Shown here one piece after another: positions 1-12,609 of a stretch of DNA of 64,000 bases. This DNA is from Eledone cirrhosa (lineage: Eukaryota): positions 92,938,001-93,002,000 of the forward strand of contig OZ024744.1 in the NCBI GenBank assembly GCA_964016885.1, written 5' to 3'. Each line of letters begins with the position of its first letter. The stretch's first letter is position 1. A program made the position numbers and the translations under genes. The notes below the pieces were generated by a model, which was not told where the DNA came from, did no database searches, and saw only the letters and a list, made by a program, of their open reading frames with translations.

Positions 1-183
1 TATCAGCCTCTTGGTATAAACCTCTTGGTGTCAGTCTCTTGGTATCAACCTCTTGGTACCAGTCTCTTGGTATCAACCTCTTGGTACTGTCTCTTGGTAT
101 CAGCCTCTTGGTATCGACCTCTTCGTATCAACCTCTTCGTATCAGCCTCTCGGTATCAGCCTTCTGGGTTCTCAGCCTCTTGG
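1..183. repeat. 14-bp tandem repeat (TATCAGCCTCTTGG)n, truncated by the window start
   Basis: About 13 degenerate copies of tatcagcctcttgg/tatcaacctcttgg. Confidence 0.9.
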
Positions 184-271
184 CTGCTATTTCTAGCAGG
201 CTGATCAACAAACACCACATAGATGTTTCCTCACTGGCACATGTAATATGTAATAATAGTTACAACATCCA

Positions 272-3200
272 AGGTTGTGAGGTTGTGAGGTTTTGAGATT
301 GTTAGGTTGTTAGCTTGTTAGGTGTGAGGGTGTGAGGTGGGGTTGTGAGATGGGTTTGTGAGGTTGTGAGGTTCTGAGGTTGTGAGGTTGTGAGGTTGTG
401 AGGTTGTGCGAATGTGATGTTGTGATGTTGTGAGAGTGTTAAGTTGTGAGGTTGTGAGGTGGGGTTGTGAGGTTGTGAGGTTGTGAGGTTGTCAGGTTGT
501 TAGATTGTGACGGGGGTTGTTAGGTTATGAGGTTGTGAGATTGTGAGGGTGTGAGGGTGTTAGGTCGAGATGTTGTGACTTTGTGAGGTTGTTAGGTTGT
601 TAGCTTGTTAGGTTGTGAGGTTGTGGTGCTGTGAGGTTGTTAGGTTGTGAGGTTGTGAGGTTGTTAGGTTGTCAGGTTGCGAGGTTGTGAGGTTATAAAG
701 ATGTGAAGTTGTGAGGTTGTGAGTTTGTGAGGTTGTGACATTGTGGGGTTGTGAGGTTGTGAGGTTGTGAGGTTATGAGGCTGAGAGGTTGTTAGGTTGT
801 TAGGTTGTTAGTTTGTTAAGTTGTGAGGCTGTGAGGTTGTGAGTTTGTGAGATTGTGAGGTTGTGAGGTTGTGAGGTTATTAAGTTGTTAGTTTGTTAGG
901 TTGTTAGTTTGTGAGGTTGTGACGTTGTGACGTTGTGACGTTGTGAGGTCGAGAGGTTGTTAGGTTGTGTGGTTGTTAGGTTGTTAGGTTGTTAGGTTGT
1001 TAGGTTGTTAGTTTGTTAAGTTGTGAGGCATGAGGTTGTGAGGTTGTGAGATTGTTAGGTTGTTAGGTGTAAGGGTGTGAGGTGGGATTGTGAGGTGGGC
1101 TTGTGAGGTTGTGAGGTTGTGAGGTTGTGAGGCTGTGAGGTGGGGTTGTGAGGTTGTGACGTTGTGAAGTTGTGAAGTTGTTAGGTTCTGAGTTTGTTAC
1201 GTTGTGAGGTTGTGACGTTGTGACGTTGTGAGGTCGAGAGGTTGTGAGGTAGTTAGGTTGTTAGGTTGTTAGCTTGTGAGGTAAGTTGTGAGGCGTGAGG
1301 TTGTGAATTTGTGAGGTTGTGAGGTTGTGAGTTTGTGAGGTTGTGAGGCTGAGAGGTTGTTAGGTTTTAGGTTGTTAGTTTGTTAAGTTGTGAGGCTGTG
1401 AGGTTGTGAGTTTGTGAGATTGTGAGGTTGTGAGTTTGTGAGATTGTGAGGTTGTGAGGCTGTGAGGTTGTGAGGTTATTAGGTTGTTAGGTTGTTAGTT
1501 TGTGACGTTGTGACGTTGTGACGTTGTGACGTTGTGAGGTCGAGAGGATGTTAGGTTGTGACGTTGTGAGGTTGTTAGATTGTTAGGTGTAAGGGTGTGA
1601 GGTGGGGTTGTCAGGTGGGCTTGTGAGGTTGTGAGGTTGTGAGGATGTGAGGTTGTGAGGCTGTGAGGTGGGGTCGTGAGGTTGTGACGTTGTGAAGTTG
1701 TGAAGTTGTTAGGTTCTGAGTTTGTTAGGTTGTGAGTTTGTGACGTTGTGACGTTGTGAGGTCGAGAGGTTGTGAGGCTGTGAGGTTGTTAGGTTGTTAG
1801 GTTGTTAGGCTGTTAGCTTGTTAGCTTGTGAGGTAAGTTGTGAGGCCTGAGGTTGTGAATTTGTGAGGTTGTGAGGTTGTGAGGTTGTGAGGTTGTGAGG
1901 CTTTGAGGCTGTGAGTTGTGAGGTTGTGAGGTTGTTAGGTTATTAGGTTGTTAGATTGTGAGGTGGCGTTGTTAGGTTGTGAGGTGGGGTTGTGAGGTTG
2001 TGAGGTTGTGAGTTTGTTAGGTTGTGAGTTTGTGAGGGTGCGAGGGTGTTAGGTCACGAGGTTGTGAGGTTGTGATGTTGTGAGGTTGTTAGGTTGTTAG
2101 GTTGTTATGTTGTGAGGTTGTTAGGTTGAGTTTATGAGGTTGTGAGGATTTGAGGTTGTGAGGTGTGAGGTGGGGTTGTGAGATTGTGAGGTTGTGAAGT
2201 TGTTAGGTTGTGAAGTTGTGAGGTTGTGAAGTTGTGAGGTTGTTAGTTTGTGAGGTGGTGTTGTTAGATTGTGAGGTTGTGAGGTTGTGAGGTCGAGAAG
2301 TTGTGAGGTTGTGTGGTTGTTAGGTTGTTAGTTTGTTAAGTTGTGAGGCTGTGAGGTAGTGAGTTTGTGAGGTTATGAGGTTGTGAGGTTGTTAGGTTGT
2401 TAGGTTGTTAGATTGTGAGGTGGCGTTGTTAGGTTGTGAGGTGGAGTTGTGAGGTTGTGAGGTTGTGAGCGTGTTAGATTGTGAGGTGGGGTTGTTAGGT
2501 TGTGACGTTGTTAGGTTGTGAGGTTGTGAAGGTATGAGTGTTTAGGTCGAGAGGTTTTGAGGTTGTGAGGTTGTTAGGTTGTCAGGTTGTTAGGTTGTGA
2601 GGTTGTGGCGCTGTGAGGTTGTTGGGTTGTGAGGTTGTTAGGTTATGAGTTTGTTAGGTCGTCAGGTTGTGAGGTTGTGAGGTTATGAAGTTGTGAAGTT
2701 GTGAGGTTGTGAGTTTGTGAGGTTGTGACATTGTGGGGTTGTGAGGTTGTGAAGTTGTGAGGTTATGAGGCTGGGAGGTTGTGGCGCTTTGAGGCTGTGG
2801 TGTTGTGAGGCTGTAAGTTTATGAGGTTGTGAGGCTGGGAGTTTGTGAGGTTGTGAGGTTGTGAGGTTGTTAGGTTGTCATGTTGTGAGGTTGTTAGGTT
2901 GTTAGGTTGTGAGGTTGTGGCGCTGTGAGGTTGTTAGGTTGTGAGGTTGTTAGGTTGTCATGTTGTGAGGTTGGGAAGTTGGGGGTTTTGAGGTTGTGAG
3001 GTCGTTAGGTTGTGAGGTTGTGAGATTAGTTTGTGAGGTTGTGAGGCTGTGAGGTTGTGAGGTTGTGAGGTTGTGAGGTTGGGAAGTTGTTAGGTTGTTA
3101 GGTTGTGAGGTTGTGAGACTGTAGGGTTGTGAGGCTGTGAGGTGAGGGTGTGAGGCTGTGACGTTGTTAGGTTGTGAGTTTGTTAGGTTGTCATGTTGTG

Positions 3201-6200
3201 AGGTTGTGAGGATGTGAGTTTGTGAGGCTGTTAGGTTGTGAGGTTATTAGGTTGTTAGTTTGTTAAGTTGTGAGGCTGTGAGGTTGTGCGTTTGTGAGGT
3301 TGTGAGGTTGTGAGGTTGTGATGCTGTGAGGTTGTGAGGTTATTAGGTTGTTAGGTTGTTAGTTTGTGAGGTTGTGACGTTGTGACGTTGTGACGTTGTG
3401 AGGTCGAGAGGATGTTAGGTTGTGACGTTGTGAGGTTGTTAGGTTGTTAGGTGTAAGGGTGTGAGGTGGGGTTGTCAGGTGGGCTTGTGAGGTTGTGAGG
3501 TTGTGAGGATGTGAGGTTGTGAGGCTGTGAGGTGGGGTCGTGAGGTTGTGACGTTGTGAAGTTGTGAAGTTGTTAGGTTCTGAGTTTGTTAGGTTGTGAG
3601 GTTGTGACGTTGTGACGTTGTGAGGTCGAGAGGTTGTGAGGCTGTGAGGTTGTTAGGTTGTTAGGTTTTTAGGCTGTTAGCTTGTTAGCTTGTGAGGTAA
3701 GTTGTGAGGCCTGAGGTTGTGAATTTGTGAGGTTGTGAGGTTGTGAGGTTGTGAGGTGGGGTTGTGAGGTTGTGAGGTTGTGAGTTTGTTAGGTTGTGAG
3801 TTTGTGAGGGTGCGAGGGTGTTAGGTCACGAGGTTGTGAGGTTGTGAGGTTGTGAGGTTGTTAGGTTGTTAGGTTGTTAGGTTGTTATGTTGTGAGGTTG
3901 TTAGGTTGAGTTTATGAGGTTGTGAGGATTTGAGGTTGTGAGGTGTGAGGTGGGGTTGTGAGATTGTGAGGTTGTGAAGTTGTTAGGTTGTGAAGTTGTG
4001 AGGTTGTGAAGTTGTGAGGTTGTTAGTTTGTGAGGTGGTGTTGTTAGATTGTGAGGTTGTGAGGTTGTGAGGTCGAGAAGTTGTGAGGTTGTGTGGTTGT
4101 TAGGTTGTTAGTTTGTTAAGTTGTGAGGCTGTGAGGTAGTGAGTTTGTGAGGTTATGAGGTTGTGAGGTTGTTAGGTTGTTAGGTTGTTAGATTGTGAGG
4201 TGGCGTTGTTAGGTTGTGAGGTGGAGTTGTGAGGTTGTGAGGTTGTGAGCGTGTTAGATTGTGAGGTGGGGTTGTTAGGTTGTGACGTTGTTAGGTTGTG
4301 AGGTTGTGAAGGTATGAGTGTTTAGGTCGAGAGGTTTTGAGGTTGTGAGGTTGTTAGGTTGTCAGGTTGTTAGGTTGTGAGGTTGTGGCGCTGTGAGGTT
4401 GTTGGGTTGTGAGGTTGTTAGGTTATGAGTTTGTTAGGTCGTCAGGTTGTGAGGTTGTGAGGTTATGAAGTTGTGAAGTTGTGAGGTTGTGAGTTTGTGA
4501 GGTTGTGACATTGTGGGGTTGTGAGGTTGTGAAGTTGTGAGGTTATGAGGCTGGGAGGTTGTGGCGCTTTGAGGCTGTGGTATTGTGAGGCTGTGAGTTT
4601 ATGAGGTTGTGAGGCTGTGAGTTTGTGAGGTTGTGAGGTTGTGAGGTTGTGAGGTTGTTAGGTTGTCATGTTGTTAGGTTGTTAGGTTGTTAGGTTGTGA
4701 GGTTGTGGCGCTGTGAGGTTGTTAGGTTGTGAGGTTGTTAGGTTGTCATGTTGTGAGGTTGGGAAGTTGGGGGGTTTTGAGGTTGTGAGGTCGTTAGGTT
4801 GTGAGGTTGTGAGATTAGTTTGTGAGGTTGTGAGGTTGTGAGGTTGTGAGGTTGGGAAGTTGTTAGGTTGTTAGGTTGTGAGGTTGTGAGACTGTAGGGT
4901 TGTGAGGCTGTGAGGTGAGGGTGTGAGGCTGTGACGTTGTTAGGTTGTGAGTTTGTTAGGTTGTCATGTTGTGAGGTTGTGAGGATGTGAGTTTGTGAGG
5001 CTGTTAGGTTGTGAGGTTATTAGGTTGTTAGTTTGTTAAGTTGTGAGGCTGTGAGGTTGTGCGTTTGTGAGGTTGTGAGGTTGTGAGGTTGTGAGGCTGT
5101 GAGGTTGTGAGGTTATTAGGTTGTTAGGTTGTTAGTTTGTGAGGTTGTGACGTTGTGACGTTGTGACGTTGTGAGGTCGAGAGGATGTTAGGTTGTGACG
5201 TTGTGAGGTTGTTAGGTTGTTAGGTGTAAGGGTGTGAGGTGGGGTTGTCAGGTGGGCTTGTGAGGTTGTGAGGTTGTGAGGATGTGAGGTTGTGAGGCTG
5301 TGAGGTGGGGTCGTGAGGTTGTGACGTTGTGAAGTTGTGAAGTTGTTAGGTTCTGAGTTTGTTAGGTTGTGAGGTTGTGACGTTGTGACGTTGTGAGGTC
5401 GAGAGGTTGTGAGGCTGTGAGGTTGTTAGGTTGTTAGGTTGTTAGGCTGTTAGCTTGTTAGCTTGTGAGGTAAGTTGTGAGGCCTGAGGTTGTGAATTTG
5501 TGAGGTTGTGAGGTTGTGAGGTTGTGAGGTTGTGAGGCTTTGAGGCTGTGAGTTGTGAGGTTGTGAGGTTGTTAGGTTATTAGGTTGTTAGATTGTGAGG
5601 TGGCGTTGTTAGGTTGTGAGGTGGGGTTGTGAGGTTGTGAGGTTGTGAGTTTGTTAGGTTGTGAGTTTGTGAGGGTGCGAGGGTGTTAGGTCACGAGGTT
5701 GTGAGGTTGTGAGGTTGTGAGGTTGTTAGGTTGTTAGGTTGTTAGGTTGTTATGTTGTGAGGTTGTTAGGTTGAGTTTATGAGGTTGTGAGGATTTGAGG
5801 TTGTGAGGTGTGAGGTGGGGTTGTGAGATTGTGAGGTTGTGAAGTTGTTAGGTTGTGAAGTTGTGAGGTTGTGAAGTTGTGAGGTTGTTAGTTTGTGAGG
5901 TGGTGTTGTTAGATTGTGAGGTTGTGAGGTTGTGAGGTCGAGAAGTTGTGAGGTTGTGTGGTTGTTAGGTTGTTAGTTTGTTAAGTTGTGAGGCTGTGAG
6001 GTAGTGAGTTTGTGAGGTTATGAGGTTGTGAGGTTGTTAGGTTGTTAGGTTGTTAGATTGTGAGGTGGCGTTGTTAGGTTGTGAGGTGGAGTTGTGAGGT
6101 TGTGAGGTTGTGAGCGTGTTAGATTGTGAGGTGGGGTTGTTAGGTTGTGACGTTGTTAGGTTGTGAGGTTGTGAAGGTATGAGTGTTTAGGTCGAGAGGT

Positions 6201-8537
6201 TTTGAGGTTGTGAGGTTGTTAGGTTGTCAGGTTGTTAGGTTGTGAGGTTGTGGCGCTGTGAGGTTGTTGGGTTGTGAGGTTGTTAGGTTATGAGTTTGTT
6301 AGGTCGTCAGGTTGTGAGGTTGTGAGGTTATGAAGTTGTGAAGTTGTGAGGTTGTGAGTTTGTGAGGTTGTGACATTGTAGGGTTGTGAGGTTGTGAAGT
6401 TGTGAGGTTATGAGGCTGGGAGGTTGTGGCGCTTTGAGGCTGTGGTATTGTGAGGCTGTGAGTTTATGAGGTTGTGAGGCTGTGAGTTTGTGAGGTTGTG
6501 AGGTTGTGAGGTTGTTAGGTTGTCATGTTGTGAGGTTGTTAGGTTGTTAGGTTGTGAGGTTGTGGCGCTGTGAGGTTGTTAGGTTGTGAGGTTGTTAGGT
6601 TGTCATATTGTGAGGTTGGGAAGTTGGGGGGTTTTGAGGTTGTGAGGTCGTTAGGTTGTGAGGTTGTGAGATTAGTTTGTGAGGTTGTGAGGCTGTGAGG
6701 TTGTGAGGTTGTGAGGTTGTGAGGTTGGGAAGTTGTTAGGTTGTTAGGTTGTGAGGTTGTGAGACTGTAGGGTTGTGAGGCTGTGAGGTGAGGGTGTGAG
6801 GCTGTGACGTTGTTAGGTTGTGAGTTTGTTAGGTTGTCATGTTGTGAGGTTGTGAGGATGTGAGTTTGTGAGGCTGTTAGGTTGTGAGGTTATTAGGTTG
6901 TTAGTTTGTTAAGTTGTGAGGCTGTGAGGTTGTGCGTTTGTGAGGTTGTGAGGTTGTGAGGTTGTGAGGCTGTGAGGCTGTGAGGCTGTTAGGTTGTGAA
7001 GTTGTGCGTTTGTGAGGTTGTTAGGTTGTGAGGTTGTGTGGATGTGAGGTTCTGATGCTGTGAGATGGTGTTGTGAGGTTGTAAGGTTGTGAGGTTGTGA
7101 AGTTGTTAGGTTCTGAGGTTGTTAGGTTAGTTTGTGAGATTGTGACGTTGTGACGTTGTGAGGTCGAGAGGTTGTGATGTTGTGAGGTTGTTAGGTTGTT
7201 AGGTTGTTAGTTTGTTAAGCCGTGAGGTTGTGAGTTTGTGAGGTGTGAGATTTTGAGGTTGTGAGGTTGTGAGGCTGTGAGGTTGTGAGGCTGTGAGGTG
7301 GGGTTGGGAGGTTTGGGGGTTGTGAGGTTGTGAAGTTGTTAGGTTGTGAAGTTTGAGTTTGTGAGGTTGTGAGGTTGTTAATTTGTGAGGTGGTGTTTTT
7401 AGATTGTGAGGTTGTGAGGTTGTTAGGTCGAGAAGTTGAGGTTGTGTGGTTGTTAGGTTGTGAGGTGGGGTTGTGAGGTTGTGAGGTTGTAAGGTTGTTA
7501 GATTGTGATGTAGGGTTGTTAGGTTGTCAGGTTGTTAGGTTGAGAGGTTGTGAGGGTGTGAGAGTGTTAGGTCGATAGGTTGAGAGGTTGTGAAGTTGTT
7601 AGGTTGTTACGTTGTGAGGTTGAGGCGCTGTGAGGTTGTTAGGTTGTGAGTTTATTAGGTCGTCAGGTTGGGAGGTTGTGAGTTTGTGAGGTTGTGACAT
7701 TGTGGGGTTTTGAGGTTGTGAGGTTGTGAGGTTGTTAGATTGTGAGGTAGGGTTGTTAGGTTGTGAGGTTGTGAGGTTGTGAGAGTGTTAGGGTGTTAGG
7801 TCGAGAGGTTATGAGGTTGTGATGCTGTTAGATTGTTATGTTATGTTGTGAGGTTGTGGCGCTGTGAGGTTGTGAGGTTGTTAGGTTGTGAGTTTGTTAG
7901 GTTATGAAGTTGTGAAATTGTGAGGTTGTGAGTTTGTGAGGTTGTGACATTGTGAGGTTGTGAGGTGGTGATGTGAGGTTATGAGGCTGAGAGGTTGTGG
8001 CGCTGTGAGGCTGTGGTGTTTTGAGGCTGTGAGGTTGTGAGGTTGTGATGTTGTGAGGCTGTGAGGTTGTGAGGTTGTGCGGTTGTGAGAGTGTGAGGTT
8101 GTGAAGTTGTTAGGTTGTGCGCTTGTGAGGCTGTGAGGTTGTGAGGTTGTGAGGTTGTGAACTCGTTAGGTTGTGAGGTTGTGAGGTTGTTAGGTTGTGA
8201 GGCTGTGAGATTGTGAGGTTGTGAGGTTGTGAAGTTGTTAGGTTGTTAGGTTATGAGGTTGTGAGACTGTGGGGTTGTGAGGCTGTGAAGTGAGGGTGTT
8301 AGGGTGTGAGGTTGTAAGGTTATTAGGTTGTAAGTTTGTGAGGTTGTGAGGTTGTGAGGTTGTGAGGTTGTGAAGCTCTGAGGTTGTTAGGCTGATAGTT
8401 TGTTAAGTTGTGAGGCTGTGAGGTTGTGCGTTTGTGAGGTTGTGAGGTTGTGAGGCTGTGAGGCTGTGAGTTTGTGAGGTTGTGAGGTTGTGAGGTTGTG
8501 AGGATGTGAGTTTGTGAGGCTGTGAGGGTGTGAGGCT
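272..8537. repeat. 8-bp satellite (GGTTGTGA / GGTTGTTA) with ~1.8-kb higher-order repeats
   Basis: Continuous degenerate 8-mer array. The rare variant GTCACGAG recurs at 2053, 3825 and 5690, and GAAGGTATGAGTG recurs with the same spacing. Confidence 0.95.
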
Positions 8538-9399
8538 GCTCTGCAGACATTATACAGACGTCCACAGCACATGTAATAATTATGCAGCTTCACAAGACAG
8601 ATTAATAATTGCTGCAATGGGGAGAAATATTTTAATGAAGAAGAGATCTTTCTATAGATATTTGTTTACATGCTTGAGTAGTTGCAATAGAGAGAGAAAG
8701 AAAACGTGGTGTGGGTAGGTCGGTAAATAGGTGAATGGGTGAATGGGGTGTGTGGTGTTGAGGGGGGGAATGTGGAGCTGAGTGGGACACAGAGGGGGGA
8801 TGGGTGTGTGGCAAATGAAGAGCGTGTGGAGTGTGTGAATGGGTGTGTAGGAGGAGGGTATGTGTGTGTGGGAGCGCGTGGGGTGTCGGGAGGGTGGTGG
8901 TGATGTGTGGGGAGTGTAGAGTGAGTGTGGAGGGAGTGTGGAGTGCATGGGGGAGTGTATGTAAAGTAGAGGTGAGTGTGTAGCAGGTAGCAGGTTAGTG
9001 TATCGGTGTGTCTTCAGTAAATATATCACTTCCACTAGTAAGTAAATATCTCCTTTACCTAACGTTCTCTCTATTCATAGCAGCAGGGCAGGATTCAAAA
9101 TCAATATTGTAAAACAAATGCTTGAGAATTAGATCAAGTGTTGGGTATAGACATGGTTCAATAGCCGTCTGGTTAGGAAGTTTGATACGGCACCCAGAAA
9201 CTTTCTGGTACCTTGGGCAAGTGAGTGTCTTCTATTATAGCCTCAGTTTAACTAATACATTTATAGATTTTGAGAGAAATTTGGGAGATTGGAAACTGTC
9301 CAGAGCCCATTGTATGTATATGTGTCACCACCACCACCACCACCACCAACATCATCATCATCATCATCATCATCTTCATCATCATCATCATCATCATCA

Positions 9400-9720
9400 T
9401 CACCGTTTTACGTCCGTTCTTCCACGCTAGCATGGGTTAGACGGGTTGTCCTGTTGTGGGCAGTGTCCAGTCGGCTGGCCTTGTCTTGCTCATACGGGAA
9501 CTGATTCTGGCTTGATTTCTACAGCTGGATGCCCTTCCTAACACCAACCTCATTTACAGTGAGTGCTGGGTGCTTTTTTGCCATGGCACCTCCACGACCA
9601 CTTTACAGTGGAATGATAGGGACCCCAGTCCCTATCATCTCATTTCTACAGCTGAGTAAACTGGAGCAATGTGAAATAAAGTGTCTTGCTCAAGGAAACA
9701 ACACATCACCCGGTCTGAGA
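9400..9720 (-). mobile_element. SINE family B (RTE-tailed), partial
   Basis: Shares the body (ctggatgcccttcctaacaccaacc ... gaaataaagtgtcttgctcaagg) with the full copy at 12045-12438 and has a (CAT)n tail. Confidence 0.8.
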
Positions 9721-9772
9721 ATATATATTTATAAATATGTAGTTCAAGCGAACAAACAGAGGTACAAAAAGT

Positions 9773-9813
<41 letters not shown>

Positions 9814-9854
9814 GTTATTCCGGGTTGAATCGGAGGCAATCTCATCTATATTAA

Positions 9855-9913
<59 letters not shown>

Positions 9914-10063
9914 ACTTTTTGTACCTCTGTTTGTTCGTTTGAACTACATATTTATAAATATATATTCTCAGACCGGGTGATGTGTTGTTTCCTTGAGCAA
10001 GACACTTTATTTCACATTGCTCCAGTTTACTCAGCTGTAGAAATGAGATGATAGGGACTGGGG
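9623..10063. repeat. Inverted duplication (palindrome) centred on (TA)n tracts
   Basis: 9623-~9780 is the near-exact reverse complement of ~9905-10063, with a ~45-bp unique spacer between two (TA)n runs. Confidence 0.9.
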
Positions 10064-10263
10064 AGACCATGCTTTGCAGCATAGAATTACGGCCCTTTAT
10101 GGTCTGAGTTCAAATCCCGCCACGGTTAACTTTGCCTTTCATCCTTATGGGGTCGATAAAATAAAGTACCAGTAATGTACGATTTAATTGACTTCCCCTC
10201 CCCCAAAATTGCTAGTCTTTTGCCTATATAAGAAACTATATATATATATATATATATATATAT

Positions 10264-10610
10264 GTAGAGGTTATATTTAATTTGTTGGGATACAAGCTAA
10301 AATATTTTTATAACTGATATAAAGCACTCAACAAATTATTGGTGTAAATATACAATATATTAACAAATGGAAACTTTTATTTCATTATACATATTTCAAG
10401 GGCCACCAAGGCAGACTATCCAGGAAGCTCCAGCCGTTAAAGGTTGCATTTTTTCAGGGTATGTCAATATTTATTTATAAAACTAATCTATATTATATTT
10501 TATCTGATGAAAGTGCACCATAATCTGCCTTGGTGGCCCTTGAAATATGTATAATGAAATAAATATGGTTTTATAAATATAGTTTCCATTTGTTAATATA
10601 TTGTATATAT
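10264..10610. mobile_element. Fold-back non-autonomous Penelope-like element with hammerhead motif, in (TA)n
   Basis: Inverted arms ~10349-10415 and ~10524-10608. The unpaired left extension is also seen at 47690-47790. Confidence 0.7.
10496..10561 (+). ncRNA. Type I hammerhead ribozyme (predicted)
   Basis: Stem I TATTTTAT/ATGAAATA; core CTGATGA at 10504; stem II AAGTGCACCA/TGGTGGCCCTT; GAA-ATATGTAT-A with quasi-palindromic stem III; predicted cleavage after 10553. Confidence 0.7.
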
Positions 10611-10765
10611 ATATATTGGACCGTGACCTCTGGCGTCACGCAGTAATACAGAAGACCTGACTTCCCACGGGTACAAGCCGAAGCTGAAGCATACAGACAA
10701 TATGACCCCACCCCCTCCCACTGCAAGCAGGGAAAAGCGGATGTAAAATGATGATGATGATGATA

Positions 10766-10973
10766 TATATGGTGGGCCAAAAGTGACTTCTTACCTATTT
10801 TTATTAATTAAACATTAGAAATTAACTCAGAACTAATTTTTCTTGGAGGATGTATTTTTCCATAATTGGATCTTGTTTTTATTCAACTTTATTCTGAAAG
10901 AAAAAATATCTCGATTATTAAAAAAAATTATGAATTTTTTTTAATAGGAAATGACTTTGGTCCACCCTGTGTA
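10766..10973. mobile_element. Tc1/mariner-type MITE (decayed)
   Basis: Terminal inverted repeats GGTGGGCCAAAAGTGA / TGACTTTGGTCCACC with TA flanks; ~200 bp, no ORF. Confidence 0.55.
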
Positions 10974-11119
10974 TGTTAGGTACAGTGTAACTAGAGTTAC
11001 AGGTGTTTCACCATTTTAAGCACTCAATGGTGTAATAAGTGCCATCTATTTTATTAACTTATGAAAGCTGTACAGTGATGGCAAAGTAATAACTGCATAT
11101 AACTTTATAAAAATAATAA

Positions 11120-11520
11120 TTGTTTCTACTTTAGGCACAAGGCCAGCAATTACCCAGTACATTACTGGTACTTTATTTTATCGACCCCCGTAAGGATGAA
11201 AGGCAAAGTTAACCTCGGCGGGATTTGAACTCAGACTGTAAAGGGACGTAACTATGCTAGAAAGCATGGCGTCCGACCCTCTACTGATACTGCCAATTCA
11301 CAATGATTTCTAGTATAGGGACAAGGTTAATAATTTGGGGGAAGGGGAAAGTCGATTAAATCGACCCCAGTGCATTACTGGTACTTTATTTTATCGACCC
11401 TGTAAGGATGAAAGGCAAAGTTAACCTCGGTGGGATTTGAACTCAGAACGTAAAGGACCGTAACTCTTTGTAGCAAAGTATGTTATCTGACTCTCTACCG
11501 ATACTGCCAACCCACTGCCC
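11120..11520 (-). mobile_element. Two tandem SINE family A copies
   Basis: Match the family A body (ggtactttattttatcgacccc...aggatgaaaggcaaagttaacctcggcgggatttgaactcaga). Confidence 0.85.
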
Positions 11521-12044
11521 TTATAAAAATAATTGTTTCTACTTTAGGCACAAGGCCAGCAATTACCCAGTTCATTACTGGTACTTTAAAAATAATAATG
11601 ACAACAATGATAACAACAATAATAAAAAAAAAGAAAAGGAAACAGAAGAAGAAAAAAAATAGGGAAATATAGAGAAAAAAGAGAAAAAGAAAGAAAAAAG
11701 AACAGGGAAGGGGAGTTGATGGCATGATGAACTCTGGGGAGGGGATGGGTGAAGGGAGAGGATGATTGGTCTTTGGGCCTAGGGCAAGAGGGTCAGAAGG
11801 GTTGCGCCCCGCAGACAAGACTGCGGCGACCAGTGACATTCACTGCAACATCCGCCCAACCCACAGGGCTCCCTCCTCAGACGGGCCGCCTACGTTCTGA
11901 TCTTCCAGTGGAACTCGGCTGTATGGGGGTCAAGTATACCTGAGGTCTCAGTGGCTGTAGTATACAGAGTGTTAAATTAAAGTAAGTAGGATCAAACTCA
12001 GTGTTGCAGCATATACATATAAACTTTATTTGAATGTGTCTTTC

Positions 12045-12438
12045 ATCATCATCATCATCATCATCATTTCATTTTACGTCCGCTTTTTCCCTGCTTGCAA
12101 GGGTGGGACGGGAACTGATTCTGGCTTGATTTCTACAGCCGGATGCCCTTCCTAACACCAACCTGTGAGTGCTGGGTGCTTTTTTGCCGTGGCACCTCCA
12201 CGACCAATTTACAGTGAGTGCTGGGTGCTTTTTTGCCGTGGCACCTCCACGTCCACTTTGCAGTGGAATGATAGGGACCCCAGTCCCTATCATCTCATTT
12301 CTACAGCTGAGTAAACTGGAGCAATGTGAAATAAAGTGTCTTGCTCAAGGAAACAACACATCACCAGGTCTGAGAATTGAACTCACAACCTTTAGATTGC
12401 AAGGCCAATGCTCTAACCACTAAGCCATGTGCCTCCAT
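12045..12438 (-). mobile_element. Full-length tRNA-derived SINE family B with RTE-derived 3' tail
   Basis: On the minus strand: A-box-like TGGCTTAGTGG, B-box-like GAGTTCAATTC, and a 3' end ...cccacccttgcaagcagggaaaaagcggacgtaaaa(tga)n that matches the RTE 3' ends in this window. Confidence 0.85.
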
Positions 12439-12609
12439 ATTCTTTGTACATGTAAACTCACATACCTGATGAGCTGTTAAGGAAGAGTAGGACCTTGTTC
12501 ATTATGATTATACCTTGAGCTGATCGATATTAAAACAATTGTAATATACTGACAAAGTTTATATATATGCTGCAACAGTGGATTTGAATCTACCTACCTT
12601 ATATATATG

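Noticed and set aside
272-8537. True telomere
   Set aside because: The period is 8 bp rather than (TTAGGG)n, and the array has non-satellite sequence on both sides.
9529-9828. Recurrent small ORF '[30 protein letters not shown]'
   Set aside because: Antisense translation of SINE B; its recurrence reflects copy number.
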